DNA of 63,884 nucleotides, the filler included. It is 15 parts of 15 records of this genome, joined end to end, with 100 filler letters (N's around TTAATTAATTAA, not from the genome) between each part and the next. Parts side by side here need not be neighbours in the genome. Positions count along the whole stretch, not along the records: positions 45,102 to 48,548 come from SRR15195285_14364; positions 48,649 to 52,316 come from SRR15195285_14380; positions 52,417 to 55,764 come from SRR15195285_14390; positions 55,865 to 60,348 come from SRR15195285_14411; 11 more parts are not named here. The stretch is one strand, 5' to 3'. The notes beneath the pieces were generated by a model that ran no database searches, was not told the origin of the DNA, and worked only from the letters and a program-made list of their open reading frames with translations. The translations under genes and the position numbers were made by a program. Shown here one piece after another: positions 48,077 to 60,448 of the stretch (positions are counted from its first letter, which is position 1; each line of letters opens with the position of its first letter).

Positions 48077-48859
48077 CTGCTTTTCTTTTCATCGCACGAG
48101 CTTGTTTACCAGAGTGGGGCTACGAGTGATGACGTGATCCATCGCCACGTGGGGGCGTACTAGGCTGCCTACAGCCGCAGCGCCGCCCCCCGCCCCGACT
48201 ATAGCCAAACCGCTACGGTGGCAGGCACCCACTATCACCACTGCCCCACCGTGACCCCAGCTGCGGTCTACGTTGCGCCCCCGCACCCCAAACGCAGAGC
48301 CGTTGTGTAGCCGGTACGCGTCACCCCCTTCGGCATGTTGTCTCACGTCGCGATGGAGAAGACCTCCATCGCCCCGTGTTACGGCGTAACGCCGCTCACT
48401 TTGAAAAAACTCCGACCACCCTGTTACACTAACCTGGGCACTCACCTTCCTATTTCAGCAGCTTGCCGCAGGATGCCGTCAGCCTGACCTGGGCACATGA
48501 AGTATTCCGCGCGGGCGTAGGGGTACCCTGAATGCGGTCCCTGCACCTNNNNNNNNNNNNNNNNNNNNNNNNNNNNNNNNNNNNNNNNNNNNTTAATTAA
48601 TTAANNNNNNNNNNNNNNNNNNNNNNNNNNNNNNNNNNNNNNNNNNNNCTAGGCGATGACCCCGACGCCGGTCATAATAATTTAACATAATACCGGCTTG
48701 TAGGATATCGCGATCGTGACGCCGGCCTCGCTGGACGCTGCCCGGCGCGGCGCGCGCGTGCCGGCCCGCGCGCGCGGTACTAGTATCATATACTACGGTA
48801 GCTCGGGTAGCTGCGTGCCAGTGCTGTGCACTGAACGCGTGAACGGCCATACATCTTAC

Positions 48860-49639
48860 ATGTATCGGCGCACGATGCATGCCTGGGAGCTGGAGCCAGA
48901 GCCGATTCCAGAGCCGGAGCTGGAGCTGCTTGGGCCGCGAGTGAGCGCGCCGGCACGGGTGCAGGCGAGGTGCTCGTATCTGCAGCTCGTGCAGGCCTCG
49001 CCGAGCCTCGCGCCGGCATGGACGAATCATGTGCAGTGGGCGCGCCGCAGGCCGACGTTGCTGCAAGCGGCCCAGCGGCGCCTGGCATGGGCGCAGGTGT
49101 TGCTCCCGATTCCAGTGCGACGGGCACTGGACTGGTTGGTTTCAGACATGGTTGAAATGGTAGGGGGTCAATTTGTCATTGGCTTGATGTTCCCGCAGAG
49201 TGAGCCATGCGTTGCATCGATGATTGCGGCCATAAAAGCCAGCGACGAGACCGAGCTGTTGCTCCTACTCGCCTCCAGTGCCGACGTAAACGGGGTGGAT
49301 CTTAGACCACAGCACGCCCACCGTGGCGCTAGTGGTGGCACTGCGCTGCTCGCCGCGTGCCTGCACAACAATGTGCGGGCGGTGCAGATCTTGGTCAAGC
49401 ACGGCGCTGAGGTGGACAAATCTGACGAGATCGGCGGATGGTCACCATTAATGGTCGCTGCCGGGAGTGGCTACACCAGTGCTGTCCACGAGCTGCTCTC
49501 AGCAGGTGCGGACTGGAGGCGAAAGACGCACCTCGGCGAGACCGCGCTGGACTGGGCAAGGGTGCGGGGTAAAACTGACACTGTTGCGGAGATAGAGAAC
49601 TGGGCAAGCCGAGAGGCTCCGAATATGACCAGCGCGTGA
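48860..49639 (+). CDS. Ankyrin repeat protein
   Basis: GGTALLAACLHNNVRAVQILVKHGAEVD, GWSPLMVAAGSG...LLSAGAD and GETALDWA, with an N-terminal EPEPIPEPE. Confidence 0.85.
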   Translation: MYRRTMHAWELEPEPIPEPELELLGPRVSAPARVQARCSYLQLVQASPSLAPAWTNHVQWARRRPTLLQAAQRRLAWAQVLLPIPVRRALDWLVSDMVEMVGGQFVIGLMFPQSEPCVASMIAAIKASDETELLLLLASSADVNGVDLRPQHAHRGASGGTALLAACLHNNVRAVQILVKHGAEVDKSDEIGGWSPLMVAAGSGYTSAVHELLSAGADWRRKTHLGETALDWARVRGKTDTVAEIENWASREAPNMTSA

Positions 49640-49863
49640 GGTGCACAACGCAGCAAAACAACACGCAAAATTCATGGCCTCGCAGTTAGCTCTAACTATC
49701 GACAACCATACATCCTGTTTAGATGGCTGCATGTAGAGCGCTCCCTGCCGATCCTCCGCCGCTTCCTTTTCATGTACGAAAAGACAGGCCGCCGCAAAGT
49801 TGTAGAATTCAGAACGTGGCGCGTATGAGCCTACCGTTTGTAGCTCTGAGGCAGCACTAGCAT

Positions 49864-52143
49864 TTAAACACAGGAACATATGAACCCTGCCGAGTCGTGG
49901 GTCTCGATGCGGACGGTTACATGCGACTGCTTGGAGGTAGCGCCCTCGGCCCACACACTCAGCACATTCGCGGTCGCGCACTTCAGCCCAACCTCTCTCA
50001 TGGTAAAGTTTGCCTGTTGCGTCGCATCTGCCGGGTTGAACAGCACTACCGCTATCGACCCATCTGAGAGTGGCTTGGCCCACAGTTGCACTGGTTCTGT
50101 CAGCTTGGGAGCACCAGCCCTGGGACCATTCGGTAGCAAGCCAAAGTCCTTCAAATCGTGATCGCCGTCACCATTGCTCGCAACCGATACAGCTGTCAGC
50201 GTTTGGTTGGTACCGAAAGCAAAGTCTATCCAGTACCGGCCTGTGTTGCTTTCAGACTTTGCGTTCCAGTATGTGCTCAGATTACCGTCTGCTGCATCAC
50301 AAGGCGTACCGTTGGCACTACCATCTACGTCGACAAAACCACTCGCTGACTGCACATGTACTGTGTTGCCCACGACCTCACCTGCCACGCGTTGACTGAA
50401 GCCAGCCAGCTCTTCGGCTCGCTTCACGCACCCCGAGTTCGTGAGCCACACACCTGCGCTTGTCTGAAACTGTACTTCCACGATCAACGGTTGCCATTTA
50501 CTGTACTGTGAGAAAGCAGCCAGTCGCACCCCGGAGAGCGGTCCGTGTGGTTCACTCAGAGCAAAGACCTGCTTTGCTTTTGTCCCTGGGGAAACAAACA
50601 GTCACGTGTGCATCGAAATGTCAAGCGCAGGAATCCAACAGACTGACGGACGAGCTGTTGTGGAGAGTCCAGAGACTCAAGTGGCCTGTTCTGTTGACTT
50701 TTAAGGATATGTGCGCACCTCTCGCAGCGGTAAAGTTCGCGAAGGATGCAGCCGCCCACGATTGTGCAGCTGCTGCTTTCGGGCAGCCTCTGATACATCG
50801 GCCTTGGGTGCCTCTTTTGTCTTGGTTGATGCGGATCAGGTGTGCATTAGTCACGATGGCGAGGTTGCCTGCCGAAAGAGTCCGCACATCCCCTCCCAAG
50901 ATCAACGGCGCGGCGAAGATGCACCACAGTGCCATGTGGCTCCGACGCTCTGGTGTCGTCAGATTCTCCTTTGCTCCCCACAGCCCCTGATTGCCAATCT
51001 CAAGCATATCTGGGTCGTTCCAGTGTCCTGGCCCGTTCCATGGCGCAAGCTCATCTTGCTTGAGTGCCCAGTACCGGGCAATATCAGCAAAGCCCATTGG
51101 ATTGCCGACACCAGACGAGTACTCGTCCGTGATGTCGCTATACAGTCGCCACATGTTGCATATCTTTGCAAGATATTCGTATCCCCCCGGCACATTATTG
51201 AAGTCGCAGCCCTCTGGATGACCCCAGCAGGTGCCTGAGCAAACAGCAGCGAGAATGCATCAATGTGCAGCGCCAACGCAGCAAACAACAGTCAGAGGTG
51301 ATGGTAGTCGCAGGTACCTGGGATGTTGATGTAGGCAGGCCAGCTGCAAGAGTATACCATCGGCCGGATATGCGGCCTCGTCAGTGCTTCGTACATCGCA
51401 GTATACGATTTGTTGTAGTCGCCTCCAGCGCCAGGACCACATCCATCCCACTTCAACATGTCGATATTCCACGCGGAGAACTGATCGACGTCAGCGACGG
51501 CGTGCGTCGGGCCGTCCGTGCCTGGGAATCCGCAGCAAGTGCCACCACCAGATGCTTCGTAAATCCCCAGTTTTAACCCTTTGGAGTGAACGTAGGCGGA
51601 CAAATTGGCCATGCCCGACGGGAATCGAACTGGGTCCGGCTGCAACTTTCCGTTCGCGTCGCGTGCCTTTGCCATCCAGCAGTCGTCTCTGCCAAAACAA
51701 TCGCGCAGCGGTGAGCAGCAGCTGCTCGTGCCTGAGCTAGCTCTATCGTGGACGAGCGTGGGGCGGCGGAGTAAGATGAACCCACAGGTTGACGTATTCG
51801 TAGCCGCGTTCGGCCAATCCTCGCTCCACGATGGCGTCGGCTGTCTCTCGAATCAGAACTTCTGACACGCAGTTGTCCATGGCAGCGTTGCATGGATTCC
51901 CAAGATCTTCGCCCTTGCCGCCGCCCGAGCATCGGAAGTGGTCCCATGTGTTCCACCCTGCAGCAGCCACAGCCGCACAGGTCAGCCATGCAGCGCACCG
52001 TGGACGAGATCTAGTAGGTGGATGAATAGAGCTAGCTTACCCATCACTGGTGTGAGCGCGAGCCCGTTGTCCAGTGACCATGCCGAACCGAGCAGCACAC
52101 TACACAGCAACACTTTACAGAGCAGCCTCCTAGTGCAGCTCAT
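49864..52143 (-). CDS. Alpha-galactosidase / alpha-N-acetylgalactosaminidase (GH27) with F5/8-type (CBM32-like) module, multi-exon
   Basis: Signal peptide + LDNGLALTPVMG|WNTW, YVNL|DDCW, RFPSGM..L..YVHSKGLKLGIY, nucleophile LKWDGC, acid/base WRLYSDI and GHWNDPDMLEIGN. CBM32-like AADGNLSTYW...WIDF and C-terminal WAKPLSDGSIAVVLFN. Confidence 0.92.
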
Positions 52144-52536
52144 CGCTGGGAGATTGAGCCCACGCCGTGGATGCGAGGGTCTCTCTCAGTCTCTCCCTGT
52201 CTCTCCCTCCATCCGTTGATCTCTCTCTCTCTCCCCGCGACTCGACCCCCTCTCCATCATGCGCCAAACGAGTCGATCAGACTTAGAGACTGCAGTGCCC
52301 AGGTGAGTAAGGGAGTNNNNNNNNNNNNNNNNNNNNNNNNNNNNNNNNNNNNNNNNNNNNTTAATTAATTAANNNNNNNNNNNNNNNNNNNNNNNNNNNN
52401 NNNNNNNNNNNNNNNNTGCATAGGCGCTTTAGCGTAGGTGTGCGCTAAGAGTCGCTATTGATAGGGACAGGTCCAGAGGATCGCCCACATTGGAACCACG
52501 CATAGCTGACAGGCGGAGTGCCGGTGGTTATCAAGT

Positions 52537-54696
52537 ATGGCGCCAGTCCGACTGTGCATCGTGGGCTGCGGTGTGATCGTCGACTCCCACCTGCTGGCGA
52601 TCGCAGGTGCAGATCATTCTTCCACCGACGCCCCGCGCGCGTAGCAGATAATTTTCTGAAGAGCAGTGCGCTCCGTCGTCCATGGTTGAGTTATTGTAGA
52701 GATGTCTAGCAGATGTGCACGGTAGTTGTGTTGGATGTAGACACGCCTATAGCGCTATTCGTGTACTGCGCACACCAGTCAGTCCGAATCGAGTGTCGTC
52801 ACCTGCGCAACTCACAGGTTAGTGCTGCTGTGCTGCTGGCGTGGTTGTTGGTCCATGCCAGCCGCCAGCCCCGCAGATTTTATCGTCACCGCCCTCGTTG
52901 ACCCGAACTCCGAGGCGCGTGAGCGGATCGCAGCGAGGGTGGTGTCGGAACTCGGGACGAAGGCCCCGGCACAGTTTGCATGTTTGAGTGATGCGCTGGG
53001 CGCGGATCCCGACGGTGCGATGTTTGAGGCGGTCGATCTGCTGATTCCGAGCGTAGGCACATTGCACGAAGAGATCAGCATCGAGGCTATGCGCGCCCAG
53101 CGTCACGTGTTGCTGGAGAAGCCAGTCGCGGTCAGCGTGGACTCAGCCACTAGAATCTTAGCAGCCGGGGAGGAACTGATGACTACCAAAGTTTTTATGG
53201 TAGCCGAGAACTCGCAGTACATCAGCGAAATTGTGGCTGCGCAGAGACTGATTCGCGAGGGCGTCATTGGGTGCGTACTATGCCATGGCAGTGATTGCGC
53301 ACACTGCAGATGACTGATCGGGACCTCCCTGGTGCGTGGATGCACGTCTACCTTGATGGGCTGTGTAGTGAGGTTCTGACTGCACGTGCCAAGTACTGGG
53401 AATCGTGTTCTTACGCCCTCAACCCTCAGTGGGCATCTTCATACGAGCCAGGCACTTTTTACTGTACTGCCGACGAAGGCTTCACGTTCGACGGTGGGTT
53501 GCATTGGATCCGACCGCTTCGCATGTTTCTGGGTGAGGTTGTTGCCATTGCGGCTACCACCGGCCGTGCGCTTAAGCACATGAAGGGCGCCTCATTGGCG
53601 TCTGCTATCTTCGAGTTCGAATCAGGGCCATCCGCTGTACGCATCGCCGTGTCTTCATCTCGATGATAGCAGCATTGATGTCCTGTCTCACGCTATCACA
53701 TTTCTGCTTAAATTTCTTGTAAAGCTTTCTTACTCCGGGCGTTTGTTAAACAGGTGTTCGAGTCCGTGCTCGCGCCAGGTGCTATCAGCGATCAGCCGTT
53801 TTTTGTGATCCAAGGTTCAAAAGGAGAGATAGTGTTGAACGGCTTTGAAGGCGGAGGCGCGCTGTTCACTGAAGATGGTATGCAGGCTATTGACAAATAT
53901 TGATGATCCTCTTGTGGCTCACAACTGCTTTTGCTTTGGTTTGTGACGATTGTGCTTGGTTGGGTTCGTCGTGCGTGTCATATCTGCAGTGGACGCACCG
54001 GGGGGAATGAAACGAACCGAGCTGGAAGTAGCCGGCTGGGACTCAGGGTAAGCCAGACGGAAAGCAAGACTCGGATGGGCAGCGGCATTTGGCGCACGCG
54101 TGCGATATTTATCCCTAACAGAGGCTAGGGCTGGGTAGCTGTGGCTCTGGTGTATACTAGCACTAGGCTAGCATTCAGCAAGATGCTATGTGGCATGCTA
54201 GGAGTTGTTTGTCAGTTGTGTGCGATTTTGCTGGTCAACTGTCGTTATTCTAATGACGTTGCTTGCAGATACATCGGCGAACTTGCTGACTTTGCTGCTT
54301 GCATTCGTGACGGCTCGAGGAGGCCGATGGCGGTACGCCAGAAGAGTGTTTCGTTTTCGCAGGGCAAACTTTGTTGTATAAACCTTCGCAACGCGATGTT
54401 GCAGGGAGTTTCAGAGGCAGTGAAGGATCTCAAGGTAATGCTGACGATGATGAAGGCCAGTAAGACAAGGCGATGGGAGCGGGTTGATGAGCTGGAGGCA
54501 GACGCGTGCGTCTTGCTATCCGTAGAGTCACTGTCTTCACACCTATTGAATACAACGGAGACTCGACAACAATTGCTGTTGTTGCTGCTAATCCATCCTC
54601 ATCCGTATGCACGTATGCATGCTGTGGTGATGCAACAGGTCTTGCCAGACAATTGGAGCGCCATGGGATGATGAGCTCGACGGCACAAAGCTTTGA
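52537..54696 (+). CDS. Gfo/Idh/MocA family NAD(P)-dependent oxidoreductase, multi-exon
   Basis: MAPVRLCIVGCGVI (Rossmann), HVLLEKPVA, FMVAEN and DGGLHWIRPLR. The inferred last exon ends ...DGTKL*. Confidence 0.82.
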
Positions 54697-54967
54697 TTCA
54701 GTCGTGCGCCGTGGGTACACTCATCGTCTTGAGGGCAGGAGCATGTCAAAGCAGCGGGTTCTACATGAATTTGTTTCGTCTCGTTTGCAAAGAAGGCACG
54801 TTTTGTGTCCAAAATGATCACGTCACCAGCCTTCGCCTCAGTGCTCTATCACTAAGTTAAAACTAGTGTCAGCGCTTTGTTGCAAGTAGATAGAAAGGGG
54901 GGAGTTCTGGCTCAATTTGAAAATCAAAATCCGAAAACCGATTCAAAAAGATCTATCTGATTCCATC

Positions 54968-55171
54968 TCAGTTTTCTTTATTTTGTTCAGCTACAAAAGC
55001 AGAAAGCTCTGCCATGCAGGCTGATACATGACTTTCTGAGCGATCTGCAGGCACTTCTTGCAAACAAACAGTGCACGATGCCACACCAAGTTCCAACCTG
55101 TCCAACTCCACTCTAAGCTCAGCTACAAGCCTATCTTCTCTAGCCAACTCTTCTTGCATATGTCCTACCAC
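54968..55171 (-). pseudogene. Short coiled-coil + UBZ-like CxxC..HxxxC zinc-finger fragment next to the viral relic
   Basis: CTVCLQEVPADRSESHVSAC; in-frame stop just upstream, with no convincing start. Confidence 0.35.
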
Positions 55172-55212
55172 ATCAGAGCAAATTCAGAGCATCGCAGGCA
55201 ACAAGATAACGA

Positions 55213-55618
55213 GTGCAATACTTTGCTGACAGGCTTGCTTCCGGTAAGACGGCGACGTGCCCTTTGAGCTGTGAGGCTGTGATTGACAGGCTTGCTATCG
55301 AAGTCAATGGCGTTACGCTTGTGAACATGACTAACTACAATGCGTTGTATCATGCGCTCTTGTACTTGACCACCACGGACGATTACATCAGAAGCCGTCG
55401 CGTCGCGCAGACCAACCAGCTAACAGGTGGTGAGGGTGCAGGAGGAGACCACGAAGTGATTTCTGCCGCAGGGCAGGGTAATGCTCTTATCACATCAGCT
55501 AAACTCAAAAAAGCGACACATCGTCGACACCTGGCTCGGCTTTCTTGGTTCCGCCAAGCCTAACTTCATCGACACCTCGCTACTCGGAAATGTGCGTATC
55601 TCCATCACCCTCGCGCCT
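55213..55618 (+). pseudogene. Endogenous Polinton-like virus major capsid protein relic (deleted and frameshifted)
   Basis: QYFADRL, IDRLAIEVNG...NYNALYH and, after a frameshift in an A-run near 55505-55512, TWLGFLGSAKPNFIDTSLLGNVRISITLAP. These resemble conserved N-terminal motifs of PLV double-jelly-roll capsids as I recall them. Confidence 0.6.
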
Positions 55619-56556
55619 TATTGGAGCAGATACAACTCACTGATAAATGCAGCACGTGGACCGCTCCGACGCCCGAGCCGCTTGTTTTGTTCTCACGAAC
55701 ATCAGAATTGATAGGTACAGCTGTAGGAATTCCTAGTAGTTCTGGCCATCCTGACCCAGCCTGTNNNNNNNNNNNNNNNNNNNNNNNNNNNNNNNNNNNN
55801 NNNNNNNNTTAATTAATTAANNNNNNNNNNNNNNNNNNNNNNNNNNNNNNNNNNNNNNNNNNNNGGTAGTACCGTTTGTACTTGTAATAAACTGCAACTG
55901 TAACAACTGTAACTATCGAGGCAGAGGCACTGGTCCGTGGTCGGCCATCCACAAGATTCTTATCCACCCTTCGGCCCCCGCCGATCCGCGCGCGCGCGCC
56001 GGTGTGGATCGTGAGTGAGCGAGGTCGCGACTTGAGTTTGGAAGTTGGAACAGACGTGGAAAGTGGGGCGCTGATTACTGTCTATAATACAATACTATGT
56101 CAATAGTACTAGTATGAGAAAACAGCTGCCGCGTGCGCGCTGGCTGGTTGGGAATGAGAGTCTGAATGGACGCGGAACAATCACGTGCCAAAGGAACAGT
56201 AGTGTAACGCTGTAAGTGGGACCGGGTCATCGCGTGACCATCGAGAGTCCGTCGTCCGTCATACTCGCATTCACGGTACAGTATATATTCTTCGTATACT
56301 GGTGGTAACAGGGGGGTCGTGTAGCTGTTCCGGCCGCTGTCTGCTACGGTGGTGGGGTATCGGGAGGGAGGTGGAGGGCTACGTGTGTGGACCGGTCGCT
56401 GGTGTGCTTAGTGAGTTGAGCCCAGAAGCCCACGCGCCAGGGTTTAGGGTTGTTTTGCTGGCTACGGTGGAGTGGAAACTGGTGAGGTATGTGAGACGAG
56501 GCTGATCATTTTAGCGCCTTTCTATACCGAAAACGTTAGGGGTGGCTTGCGATCGG

Positions 56557-58155
56557 ATGCCGGTGCCGGCGGGTGCACACGGAGCTGGCTTGAGCCTGCT
56601 GGCGCTGGTCTTGCTCAGCACTAGCACGCCGGTAGTGGCGCAGGACGATGAACCAAGCGCGGCCGCGTCACGAACCAAGATAAAGCTCGAGATCTTACCG
56701 GATCCCACGGGTGTGGACAGCACGGAGCAGGTGCTTGGGCGGCTGCATGACGGCCTCGCTGACGGCCAAGATGACGTGAGCATAGCAGCCGGATACGAAA
56801 TGCTCAGCCTGGTGCAGCCAGACACGCTTTCGTCTAGCCTAACACCCGGCGCGGCGGCGACCGCGGCCGTGGACATTCTGTCCGAAACAAGCGTCCGTGC
56901 GGGCGCCAATACGGACTTCAAGGTGACGGCGGGAGGAAGTTTGCGAGGACGGATCCAGCAAAGTGCGGACGCAGCTGTTGGTGGCCTCGACCTGAAGTCG
57001 CTGGGTCGGGTGAGCGTCATGTCGGGCGAGGACACAGAGCTTTCGGTTGAAGGGGACGTCGGAGCGACGTCAAGCGGTTCCGCAAGCCTTGCCGTGGCGC
57101 AGCTACATGCGCGAGTCGCTGGGGTGGGTGAATTGCAGGCAGGGGGCGACTTCGATCTTAGCGCGAATGGCAACGCAAGCATGAGTGGTGAGTCGCTCGA
57201 TGCGAACTTGCGGGGCGACCTGTCCATCACCGGGGCGGCGGTTCATCTGGCTGGCAGAAGTGGCCTCGCCGTGGTTGCCGGAAGCGCAGAGATACAGAGC
57301 TCTCGTGGAGCTAAACTTGCTGCGGCTGGTGCGGTGGCAGAACTAGGTGGCGATGGTGGGACCACGCGTCTCGAATCTGCGTCTGATCTCGAGGTGGTGG
57401 CCGGCAACCAACTACGCGCAAGCGCTCAGCAGATGTCTGTCAGTGCTTCTGACGGGGTTGATGCTACTGCGTCTAACTCTGCTCGCGTTGCCAGCAGCCA
57501 CGTCGATATCATGGCATCGCAGAAGCTACGAGCCAATGCGGACAATGTGAAGATGCGGGTGTCGAACGACGTACAAGCCTTCAGTGGTGGGGAGCTCAGT
57601 GCTTCGCTCAGCTCCGTCAGCGCAGAATCACGCGGCCCCACGTCACTCGCGGCGGCAGCGGCCGCCGACCTGTCTGCCGAGTCCAGCACCTTCTCGATAT
57701 CCAATGAGTTTGGCCTCACAGCGAGCCAGGTACAACTCCAGGCTGACAAAGCAACGCTTGGTGTCTCGCGACTGTCTGCTGTGGCAGAGAGTGCATCGCT
57801 GCACGCTGTGGACGCAACTCTATCCTCGTCAGGTCGTGTGAGTGGCTACATGTCAGATGCTGACGTGATGGCTCAGGGACAAGTTTCGCTGCAGTCGGGC
57901 AACCTCAGAACTAGCACAACTGAGCTGTCAATCGAATCCTCCGCAACCCAACTGAGAACTTCTCAGCAACTTTCGGCAACGACCGGCACGCTGAAGGTTG
58001 TCGCAGGTACTGGTGGCGCCGACATTGCAACCGCTTCCATTGACTGCATCTCGTCAGATGGAAGCGGTTGCAATGCAAACATGATGCGCGCAGAGCTAGC
58101 AGCGCTACTTGATGTTCCTTTGTCGCGACTCGCAGTTGGGACATTGCCATCTTAA
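56557..58155 (+). CDS. Secreted beta-strand-repeat protein (gp5/VgrG spike-like beta-helix candidate)
   Basis: Signal peptide (LSLLALVLLSTSTPVVA/QD), then about 400 aa of Ser/Ala/Gly-rich 7-8-residue repeats with alternating hydrophobic residues, almost no Pro and few aromatics. Intronless. Confidence 0.65.
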   Translation: MPVPAGAHGAGLSLLALVLLSTSTPVVAQDDEPSAAASRTKIKLEILPDPTGVDSTEQVLGRLHDGLADGQDDVSIAAGYEMLSLVQPDTLSSSLTPGAAATAAVDILSETSVRAGANTDFKVTAGGSLRGRIQQSADAAVGGLDLKSLGRVSVMSGEDTELSVEGDVGATSSGSASLAVAQLHARVAGVGELQAGGDFDLSANGNASMSGESLDANLRGDLSITGAAVHLAGRSGLAVVAGSAEIQSSRGAKLAAAGAVAELGGDGGTTRLESASDLEVVAGNQLRASAQQMSVSASDGVDATASNSARVASSHVDIMASQKLRANADNVKMRVSNDVQAFSGGELSASLSSVSAESRGPTSLAAAAAADLSAESSTFSISNEFGLTASQVQLQADKATLGVSRLSAVAESASLHAVDATLSSSGRVSGYMSDADVMAQGQVSLQSGNLRTSTTELSIESSATQLRTSQQLSATTGTLKVVAGTGGADIATASIDCISSDGSGCNANMMRAELAALLDVPLSRLAVGTLPS

Positions 58156-58373
58156 CACCACGTTCAGACTGTTAGTACTTTCAGGCTGTTTTGATGCATT
58201 ATAAATGTGATCCTTCATTGGTCTATCCTCCTTTGTCTACCTCTTATGCAGCAAAATATTGGCGCTTCGCCTTCCAGGACATCACGCCCACACGCAAAGC
58301 CCGTTACTTCACACGGCGGTGTCACTACCGTGCCAGATTCACTGTCGACCCTTCAAAGTCATCCAATGCGCCG

Positions 58374-60053
58374 TCATGCCTTGCGACGAGCACTGCATGG
58401 ACTGCATGTGTTGTTGCGCTCTGTAGCATGGGCGATGCCTGGATGAGTATACAAAATCTCGCATCGTACGCACTGATCGAACACGTTGTCGTCAACTAGG
58501 ATCTGTTCCGCGCCTGTCGTGACCTTGATGGTTACAGGAGCGCGCTCGATCTCTATGATGCATACATGGCGTCACTTGGGTGAGGCGCAGCACACTGAGA
58601 ATCCCCGTGCAGTTGCTACAGTAGTTCACAAGGCATTGCCGCTAGCGATTTGAACATTGCAACTCAAAAACAACGGCCAAACCTTGCCGACATGTGGTTT
58701 AGACTCACTATTGGCGCTTATGCGGATTCCCTTTGCGCTACCGACCGCAATTGCCTGCTGCCAAGAGTCTGTGATCTCATTCCCGGTGACAAATACGTCC
58801 GAAAGGTCAGGGGTGCCATTTCCCCACACGTTTATGCCAGCTCGACAGCCACGCAAGATGTTGCCGATGATCGTCATCCCACTTGCTTTTGCCATCGGTT
58901 CACTTGACGTAGTGTCGTCTCGCTGAGTAGACACCTGGACACAATCTTTTGTGCAGTTTGCCATCGAAACAGTGTTCCCAACAATCGTAATGTTATCCGA
59001 CGCGCCAATCCATATCGGCTCAGAGACTGGCTGTGTGACTGTGTTGCCTCGAATTAGAATGTCCCCGCTGCTGTGCTCAATATGGATTGCATTGCCGCCT
59101 GCGATTGAGAGCTCTCCAGCCAAGACAGTGTTGTTGACGAGCTCGAAACCACGCATGCGCGCAATCGCAATCCCCTGCCACAGGAAGTTCACGATTACGT
59201 TATCTGCCAGTACAGTTCTCTTGGCCAGTCGCTCCAAAGCACTGGCGGGGTCAGTACAGTCCAGCAGGCCGTCCCCATTTCCGTTGTCGAGCTCAAAGCC
59301 ATTGCTTCGGTTCTTCGGGTCCGGGCGGGTCGTGACTATCCGGTTGCGCAAGTATCTGTGACCTCCATAGCCGCACGTTGCCTCGGCCCACACGAAGTAA
59401 TGCGAGTCCACAGAAACACAATCTACAATACTCAAGCCGTCCGCATCCCGTGAGGGCGAGAACGCTGCACAGCCAAAGTTCTGCACACGGACTGACATCA
59501 CTGAGATCGCGGGGCCATGAAGGGCCACCCCCCCCACGCACAGACCGGCCGAGGTTGGCGCCCATCGATTACCGTCCAGGGTGAGGTTCCACAACGCGCT
59601 GCCTGTGGCCATTGACCCGAAGTCCCCATAGCTGGTGAACGGAGTGTGCAGCAACACAGTTTCGTTCATACCCACCCCAGCAACGGACGAGTTCGCACGC
59701 AGCTGCAGGGTGTGGCTAATCTGATAAACTCCTTTGCTACACATCACAAGCACTGCCTTGCCGTACGGAACTGAAGCGATGGCGTCGCGAATGCCTCCAG
59801 CGCCGTCCTTGCCAATCCACGGATCGGTCAGACTTCCCGTCCCAGACGCCACAAAGCCATGCGCATGGACCACAGTGCGTTCGTCTTCAGTGCGTATAGA
59901 CCCCCGGCTGCTGTAGATGAGGGCATCGTCGAGCGTGACGACTGCGCCGCTGCTACTAGTAGCAGTCAGGAGCGAACCCGCGAGTGCCACAGCTGCCACG
60001 ACCCGAGCGGCGGGCCCATGCGCCGTCGTCGTCGCCGCCGTGTACATAGCCAT
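58374..60053 (-). CDS. Secreted right-handed parallel beta-helix (pectin-lyase-like) protein; last exon 58374-58553 after a GTGAGT intron
   Basis: Signal peptide and IRDAIAS...G.Y.IS.TLQL..NSSVAGVG...TVL (pectate_lyase_3-type cap), followed by repeated I.GN.V/I turns. The spliced tail KIERAPVTIKV...VDDNVF fits the repeat. Confidence 0.8.
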
Positions 60054-60257
60054 CGACTACTAGTACCTGGCCAAGAGAATGCACTTCGTTGTTGGACGCA
60101 CGCGCTCACGCTCGCGCGCATGCACGCCGACTTTTGCGCATTTGCGCGTGCCTGCGATGCTGGCTCGCGCGTGGTGCATGTTACGACCCAAGAGCCCCCG
60201 CGGACCAGGAAGTTCCTGGGTCGACCCATGAGCTCACAGATCGACCCAAGAACTCAC

Positions 60258-60290
60258 AGAGTGACTGCAGAGTGACTGCAGAGTGACTGC
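60258..60290. repeat. Tandem repeat (AGAGTGACTGC)x3
   Basis: Three exact 11-bp copies. Confidence 0.9.
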
Positions 60291-60448
60291 ATGCAGAATA
60301 ATAGGGAATCTCAATACAATTCAGAATTCTGCATGTGGTCACTCAGCANNNNNNNNNNNNNNNNNNNNNNNNNNNNNNNNNNNNNNNNNNNNTTAATTAA
60401 TTAANNNNNNNNNNNNNNNNNNNNNNNNNNNNNNNNNNNNNNNNNNNN

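Noticed and set aside
56439-56451. Telomere-like AGGGTTTAGGGTT
   Set aside because: Fewer than two full units and internal, so compatible with chance.
3250-60448. Regularly recurring N-flanked TTAATTAATTAA element
   Set aside because: Artificial contig spacer with stops in all six frames; not CRISPR or a biological repeat. Cross-spacer adjacencies (e.g. palindrome next to PIF1, TIR gene next to helicase-actin) are meaningless.
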